32,000 bases of DNA from NCBI RefSeq assembly GCF_900167395.1, contig NZ_FUWK01000004.1, forward strand, positions 103,435-135,434, in the 5' to 3' direction. Origin of the DNA: Nitrosomonas europaea (GTDB lineage: Bacteria; Pseudomonadota; Gammaproteobacteria; Burkholderiales; Nitrosomonadaceae). A model generated the notes under the pieces. The model was not told where the DNA came from and did not search any database. It saw only the letters and a list, made by a program, of their open reading frames with translations. Of the stretch, positions 1 to 12,590 are shown one piece after another. The position numbers were made by a program, and so were the translations under genes. Position 1 is the first letter of the stretch; each line of letters starts with the position of its first letter.

Positions 1-1364
<1,364 letters not shown>

Positions 1365-1381
1365 GGAAAAGGAGGTGTTCG

Positions 1382-1747
1382 ATGAACGCCTACACGGTGT
1401 CCCGACTGGCTGACGATGCCGGCGTGAGTGTGCATGTCGTGCGCGACTACATCGTGCGTGGATTGTTGCGGCCGGTCGCATGCACCACGGGCGGCTACGG
1501 CCTGTTCGACGCGGCAGCCTTGCAACGCCTGTGCTTCGTGCGGGCCGCCTTTGACGCGGGCATCGGCCTGGGCGCGCTGGCGCGGCTGTGTCGGGCACTG
1601 GATGCTGCGGACGGCGACGGCGCGGCTGCGCAGCTTGCCGTGCTGCATCAACTCGTAGAACGGCGGCGCGAGGCCCTGGCCAGCCTCGAAATGCAGTTGG
1701 CCGCCATGCCAATCGAGTCGGCACGGCAAACGGAGAGTTTGCCATGA
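1382..1747 (+). CDS. merD: MerD, MerR-family co-regulator of the mer operon
   Basis: The protein starts [31 protein letters not shown], which is the MerD HTH. An AAGGAGG RBS lies upstream of the ATG at 1382. The position after merA is as expected. The ORF-track start at 1361 is an upstream alternative. Confidence 0.9.
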   Translation: MNAYTVSRLADDAGVSVHVVRDYIVRGLLRPVACTTGGYGLFDAAALQRLCFVRAAFDAGIGLGALARLCRALDAADGDGAAAQLAVLHQLVERRREALASLEMQLAAMPIESARQTESLP

Positions 1748-1980
1748 ACAGCCCCGAGCGCTTGCCAGCCGAGACGCGCAAGCCGGTCACCGGCTACCTG
1801 TGGGGCGCGCTGGCCGTGCTGACCTGCCCCTGCCATCTGCCGATTCTCGCCGCTGTGCTGGCCGGTACGACCGCCGGCGCTTTCATTGGGGAGCATTGGG
1901 GTGTTGCTGCCCTCGCGCTGACCGGGTTATTTGTCCTGTCCGTGGCGCGGCTGCTTCGAGCGTTCAAGGGAAGATCATGA
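1744..1980 (+). CDS. merE: MerE, small membrane mercury transporter
   Basis: The 78-aa product [35 protein letters not shown] carries the CPC motif and two hydrophobic helices. Its ATG overlaps the merD stop (ATGA). Confidence 0.85.
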   Translation: MNSPERLPAETRKPVTGYLWGALAVLTCPCHLPILAAVLAGTTAGAFIGEHWGVAALALTGLFVLSVARLLRAFKGRS

Positions 1981-2963
1981 CCGCTTCCCGACCGGTTGTA
2001 TGGACGGCGACACAATTGGCGCAGGCGGTTGTGCTCGGACAGCTTGAGCTGCATTACCAGCCGATTGTCGATCTGCGCAGTGACCAGATTGCCGGCGCGG
2101 AAGCACTGTTACGCTGGCGGCACCCGAGTCTCGGCTTGTTACCGCCGGGCCAGTTCCTACCCGTGGCGGAATCGTCCGGCCTGATGCCGGAGATCGGTGC
2201 ATGGGTGCTGCGCGAAGCCTGCCAGCAGATGCACGAGTGGCTACCGGTGCAATGGCGGCCGTTCCGCCTGGCCGTCAATGTATCCGCACGCCAGGTCGGG
2301 CCAGGTTTCGATGACCAGGTGCAACAGGCATTGGCGGCGGCAGGCTTGCTCGCCGAGTATCTGGAAATCGAGCTGACCGAATCGGCCGCCTTCGGCGATC
2401 CGGCAATTTTTCCTCTCCTGGATGCGTTGCGCGCCATCGGCGTGCGCTTCGCTGCCGACGATTTCGGGACGGGCTATTCCTGCCTGCAACACCTGAAATG
2501 CTGCCCGATCACCACGCTCAAGATCGACCAATCGTTCGTCGCGGGAATCGTGGATGACACACGCGACCAGACCATCGTCCGGGCGGTGATCCAACTCGCG
2601 CACGGCCTTGGCATGGAAGTGGTAGCCGAGGGAGTGGAAACGCCGGCCAGTCTCACGCAGTTGCGGCTAGCGGACTGCGACGCAGTGCAGGGCTTCCTGT
2701 TCGCCAAGCCGATGCCGGCGGCGGCATTCGCCGCCTTCGTTAAGCGATGGAGGGGTGTCACCATGAACGTCAACGAACCGACCACCAGTTGTTGCGTGTG
2801 CTGCAAGGAAATTCCGCTCGATGCTGCCTTCACCCCGGAAGGCTCGGAATACGTCGAACACTTTTGTGGACTCGATTGTTATGAACGTTTTCAGGCCCGA
2901 GCTAAAGCCGTAGCCGAACCAGTTACTACACCTGCCGCTGGCGGCCCAACGCCGTCAGGTTGA
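1977..2963 (+). CDS. urf2: Urf2, an EAL-domain protein with a Cys-rich TnpM-like C-terminus, uninterrupted
   Basis: EAL-domain motifs present: [40 protein letters not shown]. The C-terminal CCVCC...HFCGLDC segment matches the part known as TnpM in Tn21. The ATG overlaps the merE stop. Confidence 0.85.
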   Translation: MTASRPVVWTATQLAQAVVLGQLELHYQPIVDLRSDQIAGAEALLRWRHPSLGLLPPGQFLPVAESSGLMPEIGAWVLREACQQMHEWLPVQWRPFRLAVNVSARQVGPGFDDQVQQALAAAGLLAEYLEIELTESAAFGDPAIFPLLDALRAIGVRFAADDFGTGYSCLQHLKCCPITTLKIDQSFVAGIVDDTRDQTIVRAVIQLAHGLGMEVVAEGVETPASLTQLRLADCDAVQGFLFAKPMPAAAFAAFVKRWRGVTMNVNEPTTSCCVCCKEIPLDAAFTPEGSEYVEHFCGLDCYERFQARAKAVAEPVTTPAAGGPTPSG

Positions 2964-3092
2964 AGCATACCCTATCCTGATGTCAGGAGAAGCCACCCAG
3001 CAACGTCAGAATAGAGCCAATTTTTGTATTTCTTGACACCTGCGGCGAAAGGTCATAAATTTCTTCCTGACACTTTCGTGTTTAGAGGCACC
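2950..3092. promoter_or_regulatory. res resolution site region and tnpR promoter region
   Basis: This is the non-coding gap between urf2 and tnpR, where Tn21-group res lies. It holds several GTCAG/CTGAC-type half-sites: 2953-2959, 2981-2987, 3004-3010, 3033-3039 and 3067-3073. Exact subsite borders were not determined. Confidence 0.55.
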
Positions 3093-3653
3093 ATGCAGGG
3101 TCAACGCATCGGCTATGTCCGGGTCAGCAGCTTCGACCAGAACCCGGAACGGCAACTGGAGCATGTCGAAGTCGGCAGGGTATTCACCGACAAGGCGTCG
3201 GGAAAAGACACCCAGCGGCCTGAACTCGATTCGTTGCTGGCCTTCGTGCGCGAAGGCGACACGGTGGTGGTGCACAGCATGGATCGCCTGGCGCGCAACC
3301 TCGATGATTTGCGCCGCCTGGTACAAAAGCTGACCAAACGCGGCGTGCGCATCGAGTTCGTCAAGGAGAGTTTGACCTTCACCGGCGAGGATTCGCCGAT
3401 GGCGAACCTGATGCTGTCGGTGATGGGTGCGTTCGCCGAATTCGAGCGGGCCTTGATCCGCGAGCGGCAGCGCGAAGGCATCGCGCTCGCCAAGCAGCGC
3501 GGAGTCTACCGGGGCCGTAAGAAAGCACTGTCGCCCGAACAGGTCGCCGAACTGCGGCAGCGTGCCGCAGCCGGCGAACAGAAAGCGAAGCTGGCACGTG
3601 AATTCGGTGTCAGCCGGGAGACCCTGTATCAATACTTGAGATTGGATCAATAG
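3093..3653 (+). CDS. tnpR: Serine resolvase TnpR
   Basis: The 186-aa product starts [21 protein letters not shown], which includes the catalytic Ser motif, and has a C-terminal HTH. The ORF-track start at 3024 is an upstream extension. Confidence 0.95.
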   Translation: MQGQRIGYVRVSSFDQNPERQLEHVEVGRVFTDKASGKDTQRPELDSLLAFVREGDTVVVHSMDRLARNLDDLRRLVQKLTKRGVRIEFVKESLTFTGEDSPMANLMLSVMGAFAEFERALIRERQREGIALAKQRGVYRGRKKALSPEQVAELRQRAAAGEQKAKLAREFGVSRETLYQYLRLDQ

Positions 3654-3655
3654 CG

Positions 3656-6625
3656 ATGCCTCGTCGTTCCATACTGTCCGCCGCCGAGCGGGAAAGCCTG
3701 CTGGCGTTGCCGGACACCAAGGACGACCTGATTCGACATTACACGTTCAGCGATACTGACCTTGCCATCATCCGGCAGCGGCGCGGGCCTGCCAACCGGC
3801 TGGGCTTCGCCGTGCAGCTTTGCTACCTGCGCTTTCCCGGCATTATCCTTGGCGTCGATCAGCCGCCGTTCCCGCCCTTACTGAAACTGGTCGCCAACCA
3901 ACTCAAGGTCGGCATCGAAAGCTGGGACGACTACGGGCAGCGAGAGCAGACCCGGCGCGAGCACCTGGTCGAGCTGCAAAACGCGTTCGGCTTCCAGCCC
4001 TTCACGATGAGCCACTATCGGCAGGCTGTGCATACGCTGACTGAGCGAGCCATGCAGACCGACAAGGGCATCGTGCTGGCCGATGCCTTGATCGAACATT
4101 TGCGGCGACAGTCCATCATTCTGCCCGCGCTCAATGCCATCGAGCGCGCCAGCTCCGAGGCCATCACCCGCGCCAACCGACGAATCTACGAAGCCCTGTC
4201 CGAGCCGTTGTCGAACGGGCACCGGCATGGCCTCGACGATCTTCTAAAACGCCGCGACAACAGCAAGACGACTTGGCTGGCCTGGCTGCGGCAGTCGCCC
4301 GCCAAGCCCAATTCTCGGCACATGCTCGAACACATCGAGCGTCTCAAAGCCTGGCAGGCGCTCGACCTGCCGCCCGGCATCGAGCGGCTGGTTCACCAGA
4401 ATCGGTTGCTCAAGATCGCCCGCGAGGGCGGCCAGATGACGCCCGCCGACCTGGCCAAGTTCGAGCCGCAACGGCGCTACGCCACCCTGGTGGCGCTGGC
4501 CATCGAAGGCATGGCCACCGTCACTGACGAAATCATCGACCTGCACGACCGTATCCTCGGGAAGCTGTTCAACGCAGCCAAAAACAAGCATCAGCAGCAG
4601 TTCCAGGCGTCCGGCAAAGCCATCAACGCCAAGGTGCGCCTGTACGGCCGCATCGGCCAGGTGCTGATCGACGCCAAGCAATCGGGCGGCGACCCGTTCG
4701 CCGCCATCGAGGCCGTCATGTCCTGGGACGCCTTCGCCGAAAGCGTCACCGAGGCGCAAAAGCTCGCGCAGCCCGATGACTTCGATTTCCTGCACCGTAT
4801 CGGCGAGAGCTACGCCACCTTGCGCCGCTACGCGCCGGAATTTTTGGATGTGCTCAAGCTGCGGGCAGCGCCCGCCGCCAAGGACGTGCTCGATGCCATC
4901 GAGGTGCTGCGCGGCATGAACACCGACAACGCCCGCAAGGTGCCCGCTGATGCTCCGACCGATTTCATCAAGCCGCGCTGGCAGAAGTTGGTGATGACCG
5001 ACGCCGGCATCGACCGGCGCTACTACGAGCTGTGCGCACTGTCGGAACTCAAGAACTCGCTGCGCTCGGGCGACATCTGGGTGCAGGGATCACGCCAGTT
5101 CAAGGACTTCGAGGACTACCTGGTGCCGCCCGCGAAGTTCGCCAGCCTCAAGCAGTCCAGCGAACTGCCGCTGGCCGTGGCCACCGACTGTGACCAGTAC
5201 CTAGACGACCGGCTAACGCTGCTGGAGGCGCAACTTGCCACGGTCAATCGCATGGCAGCGGCGAACGACCTGCCGGATGCGATCATCACCGAGTCGGGCC
5301 TGAAGATTATGCCGCTGGATGCAGCCGTGCCCGAGACTGCGCAGGCGCTGATCGACCAGACCGCGATGATCCTGCCACACGTCAAGATCACCGAACTGCT
5401 GCTGGAGGTAGATGAATGGACGGGCTTCACTCGTCACTTCGCGCACCTGAAATCGGGCGATCTGGCCAAGGATAAGAACCTGCTGCTGACGACGATCCTG
5501 GCCGACGCGATTAACCTCGGCCTGACCAAGATGGCCGAATCCTGCCCCGGCACGACCTACGCCAAGCTGGCTTGGCTACAAGCCTGGCATATCCGCGACG
5601 AAACCTACTCGACGGCGCTGGCCGAGCTGGTCAATGCACAGTTTCGGCACCCGTTCGCCGAGCACTGGGGCGATGGCACCACGTCATCGTCGGACGGCCA
5701 GAACTTCCGCACTGGCAGCAAGGCCGAGAGTACGGGCCACATCAACCCGAAATACGGCAGCAGCCCAGGGCGGACGTTCTACACCTACATCTCCGACCAG
5801 TACGCGCCGTTCCACACTAAGGTCGTGAACGTCGGCGTGCGCGACTCGACCTACGTGCTCGATGGCCTGCTGTACCACGAGTCCGACCTGCGCATCGAGG
5901 AGCACTACACCGACACGGCAGGCTTCACCGATCATGTCTTCGCCTTAATGCACCTGCTGGGCTTCCGCTTTGCGCCGCGCATCCGCGACCTGGGTGATAC
6001 CAAGCTGTTCGTCCCAAAGGGTGAAGCCAGTTACGACGCGCTCAAACCGATGATTAGCAGCGACAAGCTGAACATCAAGGCGATTCGTGCCCACTGGGAC
6101 GAAATCCTGCGGCTGGCCACCTCAATCAAGCAGGGTACGGTGACAGCCTCGCTGATGCTCAGGAAGCTCGGCAGTTACCCACGTCAGAACGGCCTGGCCG
6201 TGGCCCTGCGCGAGTTGGGCCGCATCGAGCGCACGCTGTTCATTCTGGACTGGCTGCAAAGCGTGGAACTGCGCCGACGTGTCCACGCCGGACTCAATAA
6301 GGGCGAAGCGCGCAATGCGCTGGCCCGCGCCGTGTTTTTCAACCGGCTGGGTGAAATCCGCGACCGCAGTTTCGAGCAGCAGCGCTACCGGGCCAGCGGC
6401 CTCAACCTGGTGACAGCGGCTGTCGTGCTGTGGAACACGGTCTATCTGGAACGGGCGGCGCATGCGCTACGTGGCAACGGTCATGCCGTCGATGACGCGC
6501 TGTTGCAGTACCTGTCACCGCTGGGCTGGGAGCACATCAACCTGACCGGTGATTACCTGTGGCGCAGCAGCGCCAAGATCGGAGAGGGCAAGTTCAGGCC
6601 GCTACGACCGCTACAACCGGCTTAG
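3656..6625 (+). CDS. tnpA: Tn3-family transposase TnpA (Tn21 subgroup)
   Basis: The 989-aa product starts [31 protein letters not shown]. It has a DUF4158-type N-terminus and a DDE Tn3 core. The TAG stop lies inside the terminal IR, as in Tn21. Confidence 0.97.
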   Translation: MPRRSILSAAERESLLALPDTKDDLIRHYTFSDTDLAIIRQRRGPANRLGFAVQLCYLRFPGIILGVDQPPFPPLLKLVANQLKVGIESWDDYGQREQTRREHLVELQNAFGFQPFTMSHYRQAVHTLTERAMQTDKGIVLADALIEHLRRQSIILPALNAIERASSEAITRANRRIYEALSEPLSNGHRHGLDDLLKRRDNSKTTWLAWLRQSPAKPNSRHMLEHIERLKAWQALDLPPGIERLVHQNRLLKIAREGGQMTPADLAKFEPQRRYATLVALAIEGMATVTDEIIDLHDRILGKLFNAAKNKHQQQFQASGKAINAKVRLYGRIGQVLIDAKQSGGDPFAAIEAVMSWDAFAESVTEAQKLAQPDDFDFLHRIGESYATLRRYAPEFLDVLKLRAAPAAKDVLDAIEVLRGMNTDNARKVPADAPTDFIKPRWQKLVMTDAGIDRRYYELCALSELKNSLRSGDIWVQGSRQFKDFEDYLVPPAKFASLKQSSELPLAVATDCDQYLDDRLTLLEAQLATVNRMAAANDLPDAIITESGLKIMPLDAAVPETAQALIDQTAMILPHVKITELLLEVDEWTGFTRHFAHLKSGDLAKDKNLLLTTILADAINLGLTKMAESCPGTTYAKLAWLQAWHIRDETYSTALAELVNAQFRHPFAEHWGDGTTSSSDGQNFRTGSKAESTGHINPKYGSSPGRTFYTYISDQYAPFHTKVVNVGVRDSTYVLDGLLYHESDLRIEEHYTDTAGFTDHVFALMHLLGFRFAPRIRDLGDTKLFVPKGEASYDALKPMISSDKLNIKAIRAHWDEILRLATSIKQGTVTASLMLRKLGSYPRQNGLAVALRELGRIERTLFILDWLQSVELRRRVHAGLNKGEARNALARAVFFNRLGEIRDRSFEQQRYRASGLNLVTAAVVLWNTVYLERAAHALRGNGHAVDDALLQYLSPLGWEHINLTGDYLWRSSAKIGEGKFRPLRPLQPA

Positions 6626-6658
6626 CGTGCTTTATTTTCCGTTTTCTGAGATGACCCC
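6621..6658 (-). repeat. 38-bp terminal inverted repeat (tnpA-proximal IR) of the Tn21-group transposon
   Basis: The reverse complement reads GGGGTCATCTCAGAAAACGGAAAATAAAGCACGCTAAG. This has the GGGG...ACGCTAAG architecture of Tn21-group IRs as I recall them. Confidence 0.9.
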
Positions 6659-8664
6659 TTAATGAGCTGGAATTTGTCCGCGGCAGTGCGGAAGCTGAAC
6701 TCGGCACGGCGAGCTTCGACCCGGTTGTGCATGTCCAGCAGGCCGATGATGTTTTCTTCATCTAAGCTGTTTAGACTGGCGTAGTAGTGACGAAAGTAGG
6801 CTTCGAAACGCTCACGCGTGAGTGGATCGCCTTCGGTCAGCCGCATGATTTCCTGCCCACTCTGTTGAGCTTTGCGCAGTAGTCCAGGGACAGCTGGCTT
6901 GGGCGGCACGAACACGACAACCTTGCCCATACCCGGCAGCATACCTTCGCGGTTACAACGCCCGGCAGCCTGCGCCACGGCATCCAGTCCAGCCAGTGCA
7001 CGATAAACCACTGGAAAATCTATATCTACTCCGGCTTCTACCAGCTGAGTACTGATAACACGAGTGGGGATGCCATCTTTCAAACGTTGTTTGATGTCCG
7101 CGATTACCTCACTGCGATGCTGGCCGCACATCAGGGCGGAAAGATGGATGGTGTCCCTGGGCATCAACGCATGCAGCGCGCGGCAATCAGTACGGGAATT
7201 CACTATGCACAACACGGAATCATATTGCTGCAATTCTTCAGCAATGGATTCCCAAGTACGAGGTGCGTTGAAATCCCGTGGCAGTTCGGCTTCGACACGT
7301 TTCAAATCGGCATACAACCCATCCGGGTCGTCCATCAGCTCTTGCACACCCCTGAGACCGGAAAACTTAGGGCGCGGCGAGAAGGCGGGTTGCGTCGCGG
7401 TAGAAAGTACGAAACTCACTTTATAGTTTTGCGACAAATCTTGCATGACATGCAGGATAGGGGCGAGGAACTCCGGCGGCAGCAGTTGCGCTTCGTCCAG
7501 AACGACTACGCTGTTCACGATGTTGTGCAGCTTGCGGCAGCGGCTGGTACGGGCAGCAAACAGTGATTCGAAGAACTGTACGTTGGTGGTGACGATGATG
7601 GGGGCATCCCAGTTTTCCGTGGCGAGCCGCGAGCGTGAATCTTCCTTGTCGGGATCGAGATTGCTGTGGTGTTCAATGACATTTTCATCCCCGAAAATCT
7701 TGCGGAAAATTTCCGCCGTCTGTTCGAGGATGCTGGTGTAGGGGATGACATAAATCACGCGCTGTTTGCCATGATGCATGGCGTGATTCAGTGCAAAAGC
7801 CGTGCTGGAAAGGGTTTTGCCGCCACCGGTGGGCACGGTGAGCGAGAACAGGCCGGGCGGCAACGTGGCTTTCTCACAGCATTGGCGTAGCACTTCAGTA
7901 CGGATACGGTTGACCGGAGAATCTGTTGCATTTGCTGTTTTGTCATTCATGTACTGGTCGAATGCGGACAGCAATTCATTCAACGCCGGATAACCCGCGC
8001 GCAAATCTTTCCTGCGCTCGTCCATAAAGGCTTCCGTATCCAGAAAATCAGCATCCACCAGACAGGAAAACAACATCCTGATCCAGAGCGCGAACGAACC
8101 ATCTTGCGGTGGAGATGAAGTGGGACATGGTTGGTTGAACAGTCCGGTTGTCGGTGCATTCTGCAACGCTTCTTGCCGATAGCCTTTTTGCTTACCATCT
8201 TCTATCCGCTGAAACAATGAAGCGGGTTCGCCATTCCAGTCTGGCAACCCAGCGTGATGCCCGGCAATCAGATAGGCGATGATGCGTCCCGGCGGGCCCA
8301 GTTCTTCAATGGCATGGATGGCGCCTGCAGTGGAATGATCCACCCGACCAGGCGCACCTTCGATGTGTGCTTCGGCATCGTAGCCGCTGACGGACTTGAT
8401 ATATTTCTGGAATTTCTCGCGGAATTTGCCGATGTCGTGCCACAATCCGGACAAGCGTGCCCAGTCCTGACTATTAAAAACAGACGCAAATTCAGCCGCC
8501 AATACAGCAACAGCGAGCAAATGCTCTTCCAGAAAATGCTCGATCCATCTCCCATTCGGCAGCTGCCGCACATGCGCCAGATAAGTGGTATTGTTTTCAG
8601 CATTCACTTTCTCAGATCTCCGGGGTTGTTTCCTAGAAACAAGCTTTCCGATATTTTGCCGCAC
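6622..8664 (-). CDS. cas3: CRISPR-associated HD nuclease/helicase Cas3, 3'-truncated by the transposon and probably non-functional (pseudogene-like)
   Basis: HD-domain motifs: [25 protein letters not shown]. Helicase motifs: [40 protein letters not shown]. The last 11 codons plus the stop ([10 protein letters not shown]) are encoded by the IR. The native part spans 6659 to about 8607 (GTG with a GGAGA RBS) or 8664 (GTG). Confidence 0.85.
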   Translation of the reverse strand: MRQNIGKLVSRKQPRRSEKVNAENNTTYLAHVRQLPNGRWIEHFLEEHLLAVAVLAAEFASVFNSQDWARLSGLWHDIGKFREKFQKYIKSVSGYDAEAHIEGAPGRVDHSTAGAIHAIEELGPPGRIIAYLIAGHHAGLPDWNGEPASLFQRIEDGKQKGYRQEALQNAPTTGLFNQPCPTSSPPQDGSFALWIRMLFSCLVDADFLDTEAFMDERRKDLRAGYPALNELLSAFDQYMNDKTANATDSPVNRIRTEVLRQCCEKATLPPGLFSLTVPTGGGKTLSSTAFALNHAMHHGKQRVIYVIPYTSILEQTAEIFRKIFGDENVIEHHSNLDPDKEDSRSRLATENWDAPIIVTTNVQFFESLFAARTSRCRKLHNIVNSVVVLDEAQLLPPEFLAPILHVMQDLSQNYKVSFVLSTATQPAFSPRPKFSGLRGVQELMDDPDGLYADLKRVEAELPRDFNAPRTWESIAEELQQYDSVLCIVNSRTDCRALHALMPRDTIHLSALMCGQHRSEVIADIKQRLKDGIPTRVISTQLVEAGVDIDFPVVYRALAGLDAVAQAAGRCNREGMLPGMGKVVVFVPPKPAVPGLLRKAQQSGQEIMRLTEGDPLTRERFEAYFRHYYASLNSLDEENIIGLLDMHNRVEARRAEFSFRTAADKFQLIKGSSQKTENKAR

Positions 8665-8828
8665 CCGCTACCCAACCTGATCAGGAAATAAGAGGAGAAT
8701 TACTGGCTTTCTATGATGAATAGCTTTTTTGAATGTGGCCAGCTGGTGGAAACCGAAGCAAAACTCATTGCTTCGTCAGTTGCATTCTGCTGCAATCCGG
8801 TATTTCAATGGGAAGCAACGTTATTCGG

Positions 8829-11800
8829 TCACTCCCGCACGCTTTCCCACAGTTTTTGCAGACGTTTCACTGAAACAGGCGCCGGGGTTTTCAGTTCCTG
8901 GCTGAACAGGGAAATGCGCAATTCCTCGATCTGCCAGCGGAATATTTCCATATTCGGATCTATTACTCCGGCCTGGCGGTGCTTGTTCAGGCGCTGAATG
9001 TACTGATTCCACAATGTACTGATGATTTCTGTCTGTTCCTGATCACGTGCCGGATTCTTGTTGTACTTATCGAGGCGCAGGATCATGCCTTTGAGATAAC
9101 GGGGAAGGTGTTGCAGATATTGCCAGCGGGTCGTACTTAGAAATCCCGGATAAATCAGGTGGTGGAGTTGCTCCTCCATATCCTTTTTCAGGAAAACGGC
9201 TGATTTGTCCAGAACGGATAGTCGTTTTTTCAGTTCCTGGCAGGGTTGGGCGATGGTATGGATCAGCCCGGCTATCTCCTGTGAAACGGATCCCAGGCGT
9301 GTTCGGGCACGTGACGTCTGTGAATTGAATTCATCCTCGTTACGCGGTAAGGGATCATCACCGATCAGCGCCAGATCGATGATGGCCGAACGAATATCTT
9401 CCTTCAGTCTGTCCATTTCGATCAGGCTGCTCATGAGCAGAATCGCTTGTCGATCGACCGGCAGATTTTTCTCCAGTTGTTTGATCCGGTCCTTGAGTGC
9501 CAGACACAATAAACGCAGCACCCCTCCACGCATACTGCGCTGCGCGCCTTCCTGCGTATCAAATATACGAACGGCAACGCTTTGTTCCTGATCAACCAGC
9601 GCCGGATAACCGGTCAGCAACTTGCCGGCTCGGCTGAAACGGGTTTCCACTGGTAATTCTCCGAAATCCCATCGGGTAATGTCATCACGTTCAATGGAAT
9701 CAGGCTCTGCGCCGGCGCCACGTGCAAACAACTGCTGTGCTGTCTGACCAAATTGTGCCTTCAGCTCGATCAGATCATGCCCCATGCCCAGCGTCATCCC
9801 GGCATCATCGATCACTTTCACATTCATCTGCAAATGTACCGGCAGCAACCTGCTATCCCAGGTATCCAGCGGTACTTTGATTCCAGTTTCGCTGCGGATG
9901 AATGCAGTGAGAGACTCAGCAAGCAACATGGCCTGATCCGGGCAACTATCCAGCCATTCCAGAAACCGGGTAACGAATTGCGGTACCGGAATAGCGTGAC
10001 GGCGCACCTGCTTGGGCAGCATTTTCACGTACCAGCCGATCTTTTCCCGAATGAGCCCCGGCACCAGCCGGTCGAAGTGAAACGGCATGATCTGATTGAG
10101 CAGCGGTAGCGGTACCGTAACGGTCACCCCATCCAGTGGATGGCCAGGATCGAAACGGTAACTCAGGGGCAATACGTGGCCGGCTGCTGTCAGGGTCTCG
10201 GGAAACTGTTCGGCAGCCGTTCCGTCTACTGCCTGACGTATCAATACTTCCCGCGTCAGATACAGGAGCTCGGGTTCAGTCTGTTCCGCCTGCTTACGCC
10301 ATTTTTCAAACGCAGTGCCGCTATAGATACCCGCTGGAATACGTGCAGCATAGAATTCGAATATCTGCTGCTCATCGACCAGAATATCCTGCCGCCGCAC
10401 TTTGCTTTCCAGCTCGCGGATTTCATCAATCAGTTGCTGGTTGTGCTGCAGGAAAGGTGCAGTGCTTTCATACTCCCCTGCCACCAGCGCCTGACGTATG
10501 AAAATTTCGCGTGCATGTGCCGGGTCGATCGGGCCATAGGCAATGCGCCGTTTGGGGACGATGGTCAGGCCATACAAAGTGATCCGCTCAAACGCCATCG
10601 CCTGCGCACGTTGCTTTTCCCAGTGCGGATCAAAATAGTGTCTTTTGCACAATTTACCAGCGATTCTTTCCAGCCAGGCCGGGTCGATTGCTGCCGCACA
10701 ACGAGCATAAAGTTTGGTAGTTTCCGCCAGTTCAGCTGCCACCACCCATTTCGGTTGTTTTTTTCTCAGGGATGAACCAGGAAAAATCGAGAATTTGATG
10801 GCACGTGCCCCCTCATAAACCCCTTTCTCATCCGATTTGAAACCGATATTGCCTAGCAATCCGGATAACAGTGCCCGATGGATTTCATCATAGCCGGCAG
10901 AAACCTGATTGGGGCGCAACCCCATCTCACTGATCAGTATATGCAACTGGCCGTGGATCTCGCGCCACTCGCGCATTCTGCGATGGGAAATGAAATTTTT
11001 CTGGCATTGTTCGATCAGTTTTTTATTGGATTTTTTGTGTTTGAGCAGCTCATCATAGAAATCCCATAGTTTGAGATAGCCCATGAAGTCAGAGCGATCA
11101 TCACGGAACGGCTGGTGCGCCTGATCAGCCGCCTGCTGATGTTCGAACGGCCGATCACGCGGATCCTGCAGGCTGAGTGCAGCAGCGATGATCAGCACTT
11201 CGCTCAAACAATTTTCCTGTTTGGCCGCCATGATCATGCGGGCGATTCTCGGATCGGTTGGGAATCTTGCCAGTTGATGGCCGATTTGTGTCAGCCCCTT
11301 GCGCTCGTCAAGTGCGCCAAGCTCTGACAAAAGCTGATAACCATCCGCGATCATGCGCGGCGCAGGCGGCTGAATGAATGGAAATTGCTCGACATCCCCA
11401 ATCTTGAGCGATTTCATACGCAGAATGACAGCGGCCAGCGAGGAACGCAGAATCTCGGGATCGGTATATTCCGGGCGGGCATTGAAATCTTCTTCTGAAT
11501 ACAGCCTGAAACACACGCCGTTCATTACCCGTCCGCAACGCCCTGCGCGCTGGTTGGCCGATGCCTGGGAAATCTTCTCGACCAGAAGCTGCTCCACCTT
11601 GTTGCGGTAGCTGTAGCGGTTGATTCGCGCCAGCCCTGTATCGATCACATAACGGATACCGGGGACTGTAAGTGAGGTTTCGGCAACATTGGTTGCCAGC
11701 ACGATTCGCCGCTGCTGACCGGGAGCAAAAATACGCGCCTGTTCTGTATGAGATAACCGGGCAAACAGCGGCAGAATCTCTAAACCGGCCTTGCCACCCG

Positions 11801-12584
11801 GGCCGGAAAAAGCATATTTGCGCACTGTCTCGGCAGTTTCGCGTATTTCCCGCTCTCCAGGCAGAAATACCAGTGTGTCGCCCTCCCCCATGCGCATGGC
11901 TTCATCGATCGTGCTGAGAATGGCCCGGGGCAAATCGCGATCCTCTCCATCGATTGGATCATTGGGCCGGTAATGAATCTCTACCGGAAACAGCCTGCCG
12001 GATACCTCAATGATGGGAGCATCATTGAAATGAGAGGCAAACCGCTGAGCATCGATGGTAGCGGAGGTGATGATCAGCTTCAGATCCGGGCGGCGCGGCA
12101 GCAACTGCTTGAGATACCCGAGCAGGAAATCGATATTCAGACTGCGCTCGTGCGCCTCGTCGATGATAATGGTCTGATAGGCGCGCAACAATGGATCCTG
12201 CTGCGTTTCCGCCAGCAGGATGCCATCGGTCATCAGCTTGATGCGCGTATTGGGGTGAGTCTGATCAGAGAACCGTACTTTGTACCCAACCAGTTTTCCA
12301 AGCGGGCTGTTCAGTTCCGCGGCAATACGTGCGGCAACGGTTCTGGCGGCAATACGCCGGGGTTGGGTATGGCCGATCAGATGTCCGGTACCCTGTCTCC
12401 CGGCACCTTGCCCCAGCTCCAGGCAGATCTTCGGTAACTGCGTCGTTTTTCCGGAACCGGTCTCACCACAGATGATGATCGCTTGGTGTTGCTGGATCGC
12501 ATGCGCGATTTCTTCACGCCGTGCGACAACCGGCAGATCTTCCGGATAGGTAATACAGGCAGGTTGTTCGGGGAGATACGTCAA
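8829..12584 (-). CDS. hrpA: ATP-dependent DEAH-box RNA helicase HrpA
   Basis: The 1251-aa product has GETGSGKTTQLPK, DEAHERS, SATID and QRAGRCGR motifs, an HA2/OB region and a long HrpA-type C-terminal region. The apparent TTG start lies 6 nt after the upstream thioesterase stop. Confidence 0.93.
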   Translation of the reverse strand: MTYLPEQPACITYPEDLPVVARREEIAHAIQQHQAIIICGETGSGKTTQLPKICLELGQGAGRQGTGHLIGHTQPRRIAARTVAARIAAELNSPLGKLVGYKVRFSDQTHPNTRIKLMTDGILLAETQQDPLLRAYQTIIIDEAHERSLNIDFLLGYLKQLLPRRPDLKLIITSATIDAQRFASHFNDAPIIEVSGRLFPVEIHYRPNDPIDGEDRDLPRAILSTIDEAMRMGEGDTLVFLPGEREIRETAETVRKYAFSGPGGKAGLEILPLFARLSHTEQARIFAPGQQRRIVLATNVAETSLTVPGIRYVIDTGLARINRYSYRNKVEQLLVEKISQASANQRAGRCGRVMNGVCFRLYSEEDFNARPEYTDPEILRSSLAAVILRMKSLKIGDVEQFPFIQPPAPRMIADGYQLLSELGALDERKGLTQIGHQLARFPTDPRIARMIMAAKQENCLSEVLIIAAALSLQDPRDRPFEHQQAADQAHQPFRDDRSDFMGYLKLWDFYDELLKHKKSNKKLIEQCQKNFISHRRMREWREIHGQLHILISEMGLRPNQVSAGYDEIHRALLSGLLGNIGFKSDEKGVYEGARAIKFSIFPGSSLRKKQPKWVVAAELAETTKLYARCAAAIDPAWLERIAGKLCKRHYFDPHWEKQRAQAMAFERITLYGLTIVPKRRIAYGPIDPAHAREIFIRQALVAGEYESTAPFLQHNQQLIDEIRELESKVRRQDILVDEQQIFEFYAARIPAGIYSGTAFEKWRKQAEQTEPELLYLTREVLIRQAVDGTAAEQFPETLTAAGHVLPLSYRFDPGHPLDGVTVTVPLPLLNQIMPFHFDRLVPGLIREKIGWYVKMLPKQVRRHAIPVPQFVTRFLEWLDSCPDQAMLLAESLTAFIRSETGIKVPLDTWDSRLLPVHLQMNVKVIDDAGMTLGMGHDLIELKAQFGQTAQQLFARGAGAEPDSIERDDITRWDFGELPVETRFSRAGKLLTGYPALVDQEQSVAVRIFDTQEGAQRSMRGGVLRLLCLALKDRIKQLEKNLPVDRQAILLMSSLIEMDRLKEDIRSAIIDLALIGDDPLPRNEDEFNSQTSRARTRLGSVSQEIAGLIHTIAQPCQELKKRLSVLDKSAVFLKKDMEEQLHHLIYPGFLSTTRWQYLQHLPRYLKGMILRLDKYNKNPARDQEQTEIISTLWNQYIQRLNKHRQAGVIDPNMEIFRWQIEELRISLFSQELKTPAPVSVKRLQKLWESVRE

Positions 12585-12590
12585 CAGCGG

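Noticed and set aside
3006-3650. 214-aa minus-strand ORF mirroring tnpR
   Set aside because: It overlaps the resolvase gene exactly and has no recognisable motif. It is a GC-driven antisense frame.
3820-6463. Many 60-183-aa ORFs in other frames and on the other strand within tnpA
   Set aside because: All are nested in the 989-aa transposase gene, and their compositions are typical of out-of-frame GC-rich sequence.
8755-8774. Hairpin GAAGCAA-N6-TTGCTTC downstream of hrpA as a terminator
   Set aside because: The stem is only 7 bp and AT-rich, and on the minus strand only TTT follows. This is too weak to call.
6659-8828. Search for a CRISPR repeat-spacer array or other cas genes beside cas3
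   Set aside because: I saw no regularly spaced 25-40 bp direct repeats anywhere in the window. The 164-bp gap upstream of cas3 leads straight into hrpA.
9205-12549. Plus-strand ORFs of 60-211 aa antisense to hrpA (for example 10140-10775 and 11973-12437)
   Set aside because: They lie entirely within the well-supported 1251-aa helicase gene and have no motifs.
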